Positions 9,601-17,695 of a stretch of DNA of 64,000 nt are shown in pieces. Positions within the stretch are counted from its first letter, which is position 1. Each line of letters starts with the position of its first letter. Source of the stretch: Spirochaetia bacterium (GTDB taxonomy: Bacteria > Spirochaetota > Spirochaetia > SZUA-6 > Bin103); assembly GCA_965198005.1 (NCBI GenBank), contig CBDAOI010000002.1, positions 640,001-704,000 of the forward strand. Reading direction: 5' to 3'. The notes beneath the pieces were generated by a model. That model saw nothing but the letters and a program-made list of their open reading frames with translations, did no database searches and was not told where the DNA came from. The position numbers were made by a program, and so were the translations under genes.

Positions 9601-12000
9601 ACCCGCTGCGCACGCCTCAACCAGACGCTCGCGAAGCAGGATGCGGAGCGGATGCCCAGCGGGAGTCTTGGCAACCACATGTGCTTGTAACCAGTCCCGT
9701 AACAGGTTCTGGGCGTACTCACCGAAGCGCCATGGTGTTCCGTCCTCAAGCAGCAGCGTGATGATGGGCTCAACGGCGGCGAGGTTGACGATGCCGTTCT
9801 CGTCGCGGTGTCGCTGATCAACCAGACGGGCAAGCCGCCGCAGGCCCGCGGCGTCATCGGCAAGCAGACCGGGCCACGCTTCCCGGAGTAGCGCCTTGGG
9901 ATCGGCAGTCGAGAGCAGGGCTTCACCGGGCACGTCACCCCAGCGGGCGCAATGGCCTGCGTCGACGAGCCGGTCAAACGATGCCTGCAACACACCGAGC
10001 CTGCCGCTTATCGGAGTCCTGGTGGTGTCGGGCCGCCCCAACCATGCCTCACTCGCGAGTCGCGCTGCCGATAGCGACCAGCGCGGCGCGCCAGCTTGCT
10101 GAATTCTTGAAGCTGGGGTGTCGTCGGACAGCAGAAGTCTTGCGACCGCGTAGCGTCGCACCTCGTCGTGCGCGAACTCGGGACCGATCATGAACGGATC
10201 GTCCGGCGAAGTTCGCAGTAGTCCGTCGCCGCGCAAACCGCGGAGAACAGCGGGATCGATCTCCCTGATGACTCCGAAGCGTTCGCCGCCTGCGAGGTCG
10301 AGATCGGCGAATCGAAGGAGTGCCACATCCCGCGCGTCGGGATATCCTCTGTCGGACTTGCCGTGTCGGCGGACGAGCCCGCACCACACCTCTCGCATCG
10401 CATCTGCCTCCGTCAGCGGAACGCCGCGGACGCGGCCACGAACAAGCAGATCAGCCACGACAAGCCGGCGCAGGAGTTCTCGCGACCGTGCGTTGGAGTT
10501 GAGCTTGCTCAGCTCGGGGAAGGTCCGAACGATTACGTCTATCTCGCTGTCGGTCAGCGAGGCCACGGTATGGTCCGTGACATCGGTGCCGAAGCGCTTG
10601 GTGAGTATGTCTCGCACGACCTGGATGCTGTCGACCGAGGTAACCGCGATTACCCTCACGTCGCTTTCCTGAGCTGCGTCAACCATGTAGCGGAATGCGT
10701 CTTCCAGGCCTTCCGCCACGGCGTCTGCGCCGTCAACGATGAGCATGCGTTGCGGTGCACTCAGTTCGCCCAGAATTGGCGAGAGCGGGCAGCCCAAGAT
10801 GGCCTCAAACTCGACCGTCAGCTTGGGGATGTGGCGCAGGTTGATGCACAACGCCTGCAGGCTGTCCTGGTCAGCGGTGCACACAGCGGTGATGCCCAGG
10901 ACCGTGAGTGCGCTCTTGCCTACACCTGACTCCCCGCTTGCGACGACAGCCAGGGCGTCCCCCGCAGTTGCAACCAGCTTCGCGACCGCATCGCTTCGAT
11001 CGAGGCGTACGCGGCGACCGCCGCCACTTGCAGTGATCTCGTCGCGCACCGATGCAACCGCCCTGCAATGAAGATGTTCGAGCGTCTGCCAGCCCTGCTT
11101 GTGGCGTCGCGTCGTCGAGTCGAGCATTGCGTGCACGTCACGTCGCAACAGCTTGAGATCGACTCGCGCGGATTTCGGCGAATACTCACCGGCAAGGCCG
11201 ACGAGCCGATCGCGAAGTGCCGACGCTGCTGTGAGATCAGAACCCCGCGCTACCGATATCAGGCTGTTCGCTACGGCCGACCAGTCCGTCTCGTCCGGTG
11301 ACTCGATCCGCGGCATCAAGACGGCGAGCCGCGAGAGCAGCTCCCACGTGCGCCGCTCTACCAGCGCTACGTCGGCACAGGTCACGCCGAGGTCGTGCAG
11401 CGCACACTTCATGAGGGCCACGACTTGATCGAGCCTGCCGCGAACGGCAGCTTCGAACTTTCGTGGCGTGCGGACGAGATCGAAGAATCCGGACGCGTCC
11501 AGCTGGTCCTTGGCAAGGTCGGCCAGCCTCGCCAGTTGCTCGGCGTGTGATTGCGGTCCGGCAACAACGAGACCGAACCGGTGTTCCGGTCCGTCCGCTG
11601 ATGTGGTGAGCAAAGCACGGACGAATTGCCGGACAAGCTCTTGCGTCGACTGGTCACGCGGTACGAACCTCGGTGAACGCCGAATCCCGAGGGCGAGCAC
11701 CAGCGACGGCTGCCGATCTTCGGGGCGTGCTGCGTACACGACGAGATCGTCGACCGGGTGGTCCGGGGCCTGCTGGAACGCGACGCTCACCACGCGACGA
11801 CCGTCTCCGAGTTCGCTCGCACCATCGCCAACGAGTAAGTGAGCGAGGTACTGGACCGCTACCTTCCGCTCGAAGGTTACGCCGCCGGCGCCGCTAGCAT
11901 AGGGGCTCGTGGCGGCTGCCAACCCCACTGTAGCACTGCTGCCGCCACTATCCTGCGCCCCACTTGTCAACCCCGGGATAACTTCGCTCATTTCGATCAT
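6688..12000 (-). CDS. Large STAND-like ATPase (1770 aa): N-terminal restriction-endonuclease-like domain, NTPase, long helical C-terminus; Avs/AVAST-like candidate
   Basis: GGVTFE..VA..YL and FQQ..PVDDLVV at the N-terminus; Walker A GESGVGKS; Walker B MLIVDGAD; intact 5.3-kb ORF overlapping the upstream stop (ATGA). Confidence 0.7.
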   Translation of the reverse strand: MIEMSEVIPGLTSGAQDSGGSSATVGLAAATSPYASGAGGVTFERKVAVQYLAHLLVGDGASELGDGRRVVSVAFQQAPDHPVDDLVVYAARPEDRQPSLVLALGIRRSPRFVPRDQSTQELVRQFVRALLTTSADGPEHRFGLVVAGPQSHAEQLARLADLAKDQLDASGFFDLVRTPRKFEAAVRGRLDQVVALMKCALHDLGVTCADVALVERRTWELLSRLAVLMPRIESPDETDWSAVANSLISVARGSDLTAASALRDRLVGLAGEYSPKSARVDLKLLRRDVHAMLDSTTRRHKQGWQTLEHLHCRAVASVRDEITASGGGRRVRLDRSDAVAKLVATAGDALAVVASGESGVGKSALTVLGITAVCTADQDSLQALCINLRHIPKLTVEFEAILGCPLSPILGELSAPQRMLIVDGADAVAEGLEDAFRYMVDAAQESDVRVIAVTSVDSIQVVRDILTKRFGTDVTDHTVASLTDSEIDVIVRTFPELSKLNSNARSRELLRRLVVADLLVRGRVRGVPLTEADAMREVWCGLVRRHGKSDRGYPDARDVALLRFADLDLAGGERFGVIREIDPAVLRGLRGDGLLRTSPDDPFMIGPEFAHDEVRRYAVARLLLSDDTPASRIQQAGAPRWSLSAARLASEAWLGRPDTTRTPISGRLGVLQASFDRLVDAGHCARWGDVPGEALLSTADPKALLREAWPGLLADDAAGLRRLARLVDQRHRDENGIVNLAAVEPIITLLLEDGTPWRFGEYAQNLLRDWLQAHVVAKTPAGHPLRILLRERLVEACAAGDRRLAKEREAEPAQGPAEQRPLGPKRRNLPLFGLLLSALRRLFGQAYKGAVRTPKGVEKARRLAEHHKLFAEIGYDGRRRRQRPDVPHELTDETVLELLALLGPDLGDRGEAILRRVARDAPHRLAPTVEELLTGNALASFGRGLLAHLTEAYYLDDEADATDLDDGVRDHRNRGFGHPHATWYRGPFKPLFQSDFHHGVAVLNRLLNHAARNRARSMATPRSLRPLPNDETVRLSETELEITGADRRYVGDEHVWRWYRGTGVGPYPCLSALQALERVCDQLIETDIPLRTVVSILLDGCESLAMVGLVVGLLIRHLERAGDLLDSYLAEPFVWRIDVTRVVNEGSGFAADSEGLVASERRNWSLREAAMFMGVRADENRAAELRAIGDKLLTNARRHFVSSRDHELAESEAPAGESIEKALMPVRIWASCLDRDSYQALEASDGLYISPTPPDDVLQALEPSNEEMHRFQEATRLFVRYHVDPKKEGAQAIAPDELAADIAIARNLLESPPSLVAHDPWDTAALIAAAALEAHLLDGADLEDDALSFAAETVLRVGEGEASPRQFEFEDTYYEHGADRSAARALPLLLLPIAARLRTLIDKADGWVAFERAARAGLNLAQAVSNEVRLHLARSLDRVWNTPCAVDGRCHHEVGWSLATQTMRRCVLGGWDRATGRRVALALEEPMAKSLASADDHSILASRLDAAIRALAPAAVADICVSTRAHDLLSTLLAAQRRSLLSRGLPDADLRGSHTLVSARALLTLAEHGDDAAIYEHIDAYADSPALLGTLLRALSAAAEETPDRAATARRVWPSVVRHVLAPNADYTPFRDGLYGDMALGSLLPNAAGDVSFLYPEVHANPIAWWEPLDMQAEVEAWLSVAEGRGRCVDRLISFLGALASETQVRTGLSWVAQLALADPAHAATHSFMLPDWLIEIRGTAVNAGHSDGWQEVVDSLVVAGVTRLAPYSE

Positions 12001-14411
12001 CGCCGTCTCGATGCGGCAAGCTTGTTGCGCACGTCTTGCGCAACTTCCTGCACCTCACGTGATACGCGGGGATTCAGCCCCGACTCCTGCTGCAGCGCCG
12101 TTACCAGCGGGAGCAGAAGGTGAGCTGTGGGCGACGCTTGGATCTGCTCCAATGCGTATGCCGGTTCCAGGTGGGCGGAAAATCCGGTCACGGCGAGTGC
12201 AATCCGTGAAGGAAGATCGTCCCGTCCCGCAAGGATCATCAGCAGGGTATGGAGGTCCTGTGCGCAAGCGGCTTGGTCGACGTTCGATGAATCCATCTCC
12301 AGTAGCGCATTGCCCTTCAGTACCAATGCCCTCGCTACCTGGGCGATGACTTCCGGGGCTTCAGATGAACGATAGCGTCGCACAACGGCGTCACAGATCT
12401 CGAGAGCCTCCGCCAGCCGACCAAGGGCGGCAAGTATTACGCCCCGGTACACGAGCGCTGCCGCGACCTTGGCGTCGATTTTCGGGTTGTCGATTCCCGC
12501 GAACCGCTGCACCACATCGTCGAAGACATGCAGGGCATCCGCGTATCGGTGTTGCGCACTGAGAAACTGTCCCTTGTTCGCCAAGGCGTAGGCGACTGCC
12601 TCTGCGATCGCCGACACTGACGAATCGCCGAACTGCCTCACCACTCGGTCATAGACATCAAGCGCCTCGGCCGGTCGCTGCAGCTCACCGAGCAAAATAC
12701 CCTTGCTGACCAGCGCTCTGGCTGCCTGTTCGGCGCTGACGGTGCCACTCCCATATTGGGCCCCAACGTCGTCCAATGCCGCTATGGCCTCATCGGATCG
12801 ACCAACCCCGCGCAACGCGACTGCGCGGCAGAGCTGCGCTTCCGCACGATGCCCACTAATGTCTTCAGCCGTATTCTCTGCAAATCCGCTTATAACCTCC
12901 TCGTAAAGACCGAGCGACTCCTCACATCGATCAAGGTGGTAGAGGGCACGCGCCTTGTTCATCATCGGGACGGCGAGAAAAGCCATCGGGGCCGGAACGT
13001 CTTGTTGGTGAACAAGGGAGAGGAGTCGGTCGCAGAAGTGGACCGCTGCACGATAGTCGCCACGATCGAACGCGTCATTGGATTTCTTCATCGAGTCCGC
13101 GACGAACGCGGTCCCATTCGCCAGCATCTCCAATTCGTCGCGATAGTCCGCCAGATCTGGCAAGGCGAGGAACTGACTGAAGACTTCGACAAGAAACGTC
13201 TGGTTTCGTGGTCGGGTCAGTAAGGCGTCGACGATCATGGAGCCGGCGATCGACGACAATTCCGGTGCGGAGTAGAACGACGCCATGAATCGCAGCAGCG
13301 CCTCGACGACCCGGCCTGGGTCTCCCCGGCGCAGCAGGTAGTAGATGTTGTACATCCGCTCGACGAGGTAGTACTGCTTGCGGCGGGGGCTGCCGCCGTC
13401 GACCTCCACTGCCCGGCGTGCGATCAGGCGCTGGAGTTGGGCGCTGCACTGACTCGTGCCGATCCGCGCCTGGTCGGCTATTTCGCGTGTGGTGGCGGGT
13501 CTCCACAATTCTGCGAGCGCGACGAACACGCGCCGTTCCTGGTGTGGCAGATCCTCGATGTAGCGCTTGAAGTACTCGGTATGAGCGTCTACCAGATCGA
13601 AGAGATCCGACATGAGTGTCGGGAAGGAGAGCTTGCCACCGAAGCGAGCCACTATCGTCATCAGGCGCGGGCTGCCGCCGGTGAGTATCTGCAGCGATCG
13701 AATCTTGCCGTGATTGGCGCTTGCGCCGGACGCCGCCCGCCACAGCGTGGCGCACTCCCGCTCGTCCAGCGGGCGCAGCGTGATGATGCGGAACAGATCG
13801 TAAAGCGCATGTTCGGGATCGTCGATCTCGGCGAAGCGGCTCGTAGCGCTCCCCAGCAACATAATCCGCGGCTCGGTTTGCAGCGTCTTTCTTAGTTGCC
13901 AGCCGGCGTCGGGGTCCGACATTTCCCCGAGCAGCATGTTCAGATTCTCGACCACGAGCACCAGGCGTTTGCCTGCACGGTCGGCAGCGTCGAGTACGGC
14001 GGCGAGGCAACGCTGGGCGAGCGTCTGTTGGTCCTGGATGCGGTGCAGGTCGCAGTACGTGGCGTGCAGGTCGCGCTCTTCGTTCGCTCCGGACTCCTGA
14101 CCGGCCAGGCGGGCCAGACACTCCAACCAGAACTCCCCGCAGGTGCCGACCACGTAGCTCTCCTCGGAGAACACGACCGGCAACAGCCGGTCGGCCAGGC
14201 CGGCTTGGCGGCGTACCTCCAGCGCGACGCGGAGCAGCAGGCTCGTCTTACCGCTGCCGCGGGGGCCGATCACGATCAGGTGCTGGTTCGAGTTGCCGGT
14301 GTTCTCCTGCAGCGTCTCGACGATCGACTCGAATTCGCTCGTGCGCACGCAGAACGCCGCGGCCAGTTCGTCGTCGGTGAGAAAGCCGGGATTGTAGGTT
14401 CTGACAGCCAA
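11997..14411 (-). CDS. P-loop ATPase + winged-HTH + TPR-repeat protein
   Basis: Walker A GPRGSGKT, LVLVVENL, TGGSPRL, HTH-like ATTREIADQARI, repeated AxALxxKG..L TPR units; TTG start at 14411 after AGGAGG. Confidence 0.8.
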   Translation of the reverse strand: MAVRTYNPGFLTDDELAAAFCVRTSEFESIVETLQENTGNSNQHLIVIGPRGSGKTSLLLRVALEVRRQAGLADRLLPVVFSEESYVVGTCGEFWLECLARLAGQESGANEERDLHATYCDLHRIQDQQTLAQRCLAAVLDAADRAGKRLVLVVENLNMLLGEMSDPDAGWQLRKTLQTEPRIMLLGSATSRFAEIDDPEHALYDLFRIITLRPLDERECATLWRAASGASANHGKIRSLQILTGGSPRLMTIVARFGGKLSFPTLMSDLFDLVDAHTEYFKRYIEDLPHQERRVFVALAELWRPATTREIADQARIGTSQCSAQLQRLIARRAVEVDGGSPRRKQYYLVERMYNIYYLLRRGDPGRVVEALLRFMASFYSAPELSSIAGSMIVDALLTRPRNQTFLVEVFSQFLALPDLADYRDELEMLANGTAFVADSMKKSNDAFDRGDYRAAVHFCDRLLSLVHQQDVPAPMAFLAVPMMNKARALYHLDRCEESLGLYEEVISGFAENTAEDISGHRAEAQLCRAVALRGVGRSDEAIAALDDVGAQYGSGTVSAEQAARALVSKGILLGELQRPAEALDVYDRVVRQFGDSSVSAIAEAVAYALANKGQFLSAQHRYADALHVFDDVVQRFAGIDNPKIDAKVAAALVYRGVILAALGRLAEALEICDAVVRRYRSSEAPEVIAQVARALVLKGNALLEMDSSNVDQAACAQDLHTLLMILAGRDDLPSRIALAVTGFSAHLEPAYALEQIQASPTAHLLLPLVTALQQESGLNPRVSREVQEVAQDVRNKLAASRRR

Positions 14412-14424
14412 ATGCCCGCGCCTC

Positions 14425-14750
14425 CTACGGCTCGCCCCGCGGCCTGCGGTCGGCAAATCGAGTGAAGTTCCGAGCGTAACGAGCACGCCACCAGTCCTCG
14501 ATCAGAGCATCCTGCGGGCTTCGGGCATCCTCCAGGTCGACGAACAGCGGCTCCACGTCTCCATCTGCAGCCAGACGGCGTAGCGTCTCGCGCACCAAGC
14601 TCGTCTTGCCCATCCGGCGCTGCGCGGTGAGCAACGTGTGTGCGCCGTCGCGGACCCGTTCGCTCAGCGCCTCTACCTCGGCCTCCCGGTCGAAGAAGCG
14701 GTCGCCATCAACCCAGTTGCCGCCAGCTTTCCTCAGGATGCAACACCTCC
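14425..14750 (-). pseudogene. ATPase remnant with a large internal deletion (N-terminus joined to apparent C-terminus)
   Basis: ILRKAGGNWVDGDRFFDRE..TAQRRMGKTS..FVDLEDARSPQDA joined directly to LIEDWWRARY; its stop lies inside the RBS of the next gene. Confidence 0.75.
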
Positions 14751-14761
14751 AACAGCAGCGT

Positions 14762-14797
14762 TGGCAACAATATAGATGGCAACAAGATTGATGTCAA
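14762..14797 (-). promoter_or_regulatory. Sigma70-type promoter with direct-repeat operator
   Basis: Minus strand TTGACA-N17-TATATT; TGGCAACAA repeated at 14762-14770 and 14777-14785. Confidence 0.75.
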
Positions 14798-14813
14798 GCC
14801 CCCCTTCGGATGA

Positions 14814-16190
14814 TCAAGAGCGATTCGGAGCAACGTCATGTGTGCCAGATGAAGCGGAACGCACGCGCTCATCCAGGTCGGGTGGCGCCCGGAACAGATA
14901 GCTGCGCCGCCCGACGCGGCGGCGTTCGAGCAGGCCGAGGTCGGCCAATCTGAACAGGTCGGCGCGAGCGGTAGCGTAGGCGACCGAGTGACTGGTCAGG
15001 TGCGACCGGATCGTGTACTCGGCGTTGGGGTGGCGGACCGCGTGAGCAAGCAGGGCAAGCTGGCGATGGTTGAGGTCGGTCGAGCGCTTCAGAGTCTGTT
15101 CGACCTGTCGTACCTGTTCGATCTTCCTGGCGACGTACGACTCCACGCTGGCGATCGCGCGCAGCATCACGTTGAGCTGATGCACGATGAAGTAGGTCAG
15201 ATCGTTGTCGTCGGTCTCGGTGTACAGAAACGACCGCGCATATTGAGCGGGTGCGGCGGCAAGCACGCTGCTGATCGAGGCGAACTCGAACATCCGGTAT
15301 CCGTGGCGCAGCATCGCCCAGTAGAACAGGACGCGGGCGGTGCGTCCGTTGCCGTCGGCGAACGGGTGGTCGTAGGCGAGCCAGAAGTGGAGGATGACGG
15401 CATGGACGGCAGGATGCAGGAACGAACCGTCGCCAAGGCCGTCGTTGGCGAACTGAACCATCGCCCGCATCCGACCCGGCAATTCGTCTGTCGGGGGTGG
15501 GGAATGGAGCAGGGCTTGATCACGAGTGTCCCACACCTGTACGCGTTGGTCGTCGGGACGTTGCAGGCGACCGGCAGCGTCGGGGTCGTCGAGCGTGTCG
15601 GCGGCAATTATGGCATGCAGATTCAGCACCGCCGGTTCCGTCAGCGGCGCATCCTTCAGCCGGCGGATTGCTTCCATCGCGCGGTAGTTGTTGAAAATCA
15701 TCCACTCGCTCCGGTCCCGCGGCCGCCGTCCCGCGCGGATCATCTCCGCCGCCACGGCACGCGTGGTCGACGCGCCTTCAAGTTGACTGGAAGTGATTGC
15801 CTCCTGGATCAGAGAGTTGACGATGAACTGGTTGCGCGTGTCGGTGTTGGCCACGCCTTCCGCGGCGGCACCGATCCACCCATGGCTCTGGCTGTCGATG
15901 CGATGCAACGCCTCCTGAACCCGGTCGGGCAACAGGTACACGAACGGGCGTCCGCCGGCGTCCCGCAGTGGGAGCTTGCGATACAGCCCGGTGCGGGATA
16001 GCTTGAGCGCCAGCCACCACTCCTCCGGACTCCGTAGTCCTGCCGGAGTGGTAAGGTGACGTAGTGTGTCCCAGTGCAGGTAACGGTTATCAACCGTGGG
16101 GCCGAAACCTCGGCCAAACACCTCGTCAAGTCGCTCGCGATGCCGGACCAACAGCTCACTCAGCGACTTCGGTGTGCGCGGCAACTTCAT
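14814..16190 (-). CDS. Fic family protein with C-terminal winged HTH
   Basis: HPFADGNGRTAR Fic motif; SSQLEG inhibitory-helix-like motif; C-terminal ATARADLFRL. Confidence 0.92.
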   Translation of the reverse strand: MKLPRTPKSLSELLVRHRERLDEVFGRGFGPTVDNRYLHWDTLRHLTTPAGLRSPEEWWLALKLSRTGLYRKLPLRDAGGRPFVYLLPDRVQEALHRIDSQSHGWIGAAAEGVANTDTRNQFIVNSLIQEAITSSQLEGASTTRAVAAEMIRAGRRPRDRSEWMIFNNYRAMEAIRRLKDAPLTEPAVLNLHAIIAADTLDDPDAAGRLQRPDDQRVQVWDTRDQALLHSPPPTDELPGRMRAMVQFANDGLGDGSFLHPAVHAVILHFWLAYDHPFADGNGRTARVLFYWAMLRHGYRMFEFASISSVLAAAPAQYARSFLYTETDDNDLTYFIVHQLNVMLRAIASVESYVARKIEQVRQVEQTLKRSTDLNHRQLALLAHAVRHPNAEYTIRSHLTSHSVAYATARADLFRLADLGLLERRRVGRRSYLFRAPPDLDERVRSASSGTHDVAPNRS

Positions 16191-16191
16191 A

Positions 16192-16265
16192 ACTATCAAT
16201 ATGCACAAAATTGATAGTACCGGACAGGGCTCCATCAGAGAATATCAACCTGTCAAGTATTGATA
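16192..16265. promoter_or_regulatory. Two TATCAA-N11-TTGATA palindromic boxes upstream of fic
   Basis: Boxes at 16194-16216 (extends to ACTATCAAT-N9-ATTGATAGT) and 16243-16265; the second encloses a minus-strand TTGACA. Confidence 0.65.
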
Positions 16266-16289
16266 GGTGTGCTGCTCCGGCGCGTCACT

Positions 16290-16497
16290 GTTCACGGAGT
16301 GTTCGGCGGCGGTCTGGCGATCGCGGTGCTCTATCTATTCCTGCGCCGCCTGCGCAGCACCGTGGTGGTTGGGTTGGCGATCCCCATCTCGGTAATCGCC
16401 AGCTTCTTTCTCATGTACCTGGGGGGTGTCTCGCTCAACATCATGTCGCTCGGCGGGCTGGCGCTCGGGATCGGCATGCTGGTGGACAGCTCGATCG
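16290..16497 (+). pseudogene. Internal fragment of an AcrB/RND efflux permease
   Basis: [47 protein letters not shown] (RND transmembrane signature); no start and no continuation. Confidence 0.8.
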
Positions 16498-16534
16498 CCC
16501 CGCCGAGCGGCGCGCGGCACGGCAGTGAGGCTCC

Positions 16535-17686
16535 TCATCTGCGAAGGTGCCAGCGGCGGGCGCGGCGGCGGGGGCCGCGGCGGCGGCCGGGGGCGGCGGT
16601 ACGCTGCGGGAGGGGGCGGCCGCGGAGGTGACGCTGGTAGAGGCGGCAGGCGTGGTAGTAGGGCTCGGGGCTGGCGAAGCTGGCGAGCATGTCGGCGCGG
16701 TAGAGTTCCAGCAGGTCGGGGAACAGGTCGGAGCTCATCAGCTCCTCGGCGTGCTCGGGGCGCACGCGCCCGAGGGCAGCCGGGATCATGTGGTTGCGCC
16801 CGAGGAACGCCACCGCGTCGATCAGCCGCGGTGTGAAGCCGAGCCGGGTCAGGAAGCGGCGCGCCACCCGGGCACCGATCTCGGCGTGAGCGAAGAACCG
16901 CTTGTCACCCTGCGGTACCGCCTGCGGCTTGCCCACGTCGTGCAGCAGCAGGCCGAGCGACAGCAACAGATCGGGCGTCTTGCGGTGGGCGAAGGTGGCC
17001 AGCGTGTGCTCCCACACGTCGCCCTCCGGGTGGAACTCCTTGGCGTGCGGAACGTTGGCCATCGCCGCCAGCTCCGGCCACCAGCTCTCCACGATGCCGG
17101 TCTCGTACAGCAACCGCAGCCCCTTCTCCGGCGCGCGGCTGGTCAGGATCTGTTCCAGCAGGTGGCGCTGATACTCGGCCGACACCGGCGGCGCTTCCGC
17201 CTTGATCGGCGCCGAGTCGGGGGTGAAGGCGAAGTGGTAGCGGGAGGTGAGCTGCGCGGCCTCGGCGGTCACCTGCCACCATTCCAGGCCGGCAGGGCGG
17301 CGCACCAGCTCCGGTTTGCGCAGGTCGTAGTAGACCGCGTCCGGATCGAGGAACACGTCCCGACGCGGGTCGAAGCGGAGCTGCTGGACGGTAAACGGAT
17401 AGCCGGTCACCCCACCGCTGTCGCCGCAGCGCACCCACAGCCGCGTGCCGCGGTGCAGCGCCATTGCGTCGACCAGCGGACCGCCGCCGAACTGCAGTTC
17501 GTCCACCAGCGGCGCGATCTCGGCCACCGTGGCGTCAGCGACTATGTGCAGCAACCGCTCACCGTAGTACTCCGGCACCCGGAAGTAGCGATCGAGCGCC
17601 GAATAACTGACCAAGTCGGCGCTGACTCCCGCGTCGTCAAAAGGCGCGAGAACACTGGATGGACTCTCAACGCTCAGACTGGACAC
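16535..17686 (-). CDS. HD-domain protein of the CCA-adding/poly(A) polymerase C-terminal type
   Basis: [40 protein letters not shown]. Confidence 0.8.
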   Translation of the reverse strand: MSSLSVESPSSVLAPFDDAGVSADLVSYSALDRYFRVPEYYGERLLHIVADATVAEIAPLVDELQFGGGPLVDAMALHRGTRLWVRCGDSGGVTGYPFTVQQLRFDPRRDVFLDPDAVYYDLRKPELVRRPAGLEWWQVTAEAAQLTSRYHFAFTPDSAPIKAEAPPVSAEYQRHLLEQILTSRAPEKGLRLLYETGIVESWWPELAAMANVPHAKEFHPEGDVWEHTLATFAHRKTPDLLLSLGLLLHDVGKPQAVPQGDKRFFAHAEIGARVARRFLTRLGFTPRLIDAVAFLGRNHMIPAALGRVRPEHAEELMSSDLFPDLLELYRADMLASFASPEPYYHACRLYQRHLRGRPLPQRTAAPGRRRGPRRRARRWHLRR

Positions 17687-17695
17687 TGTTCCGGC

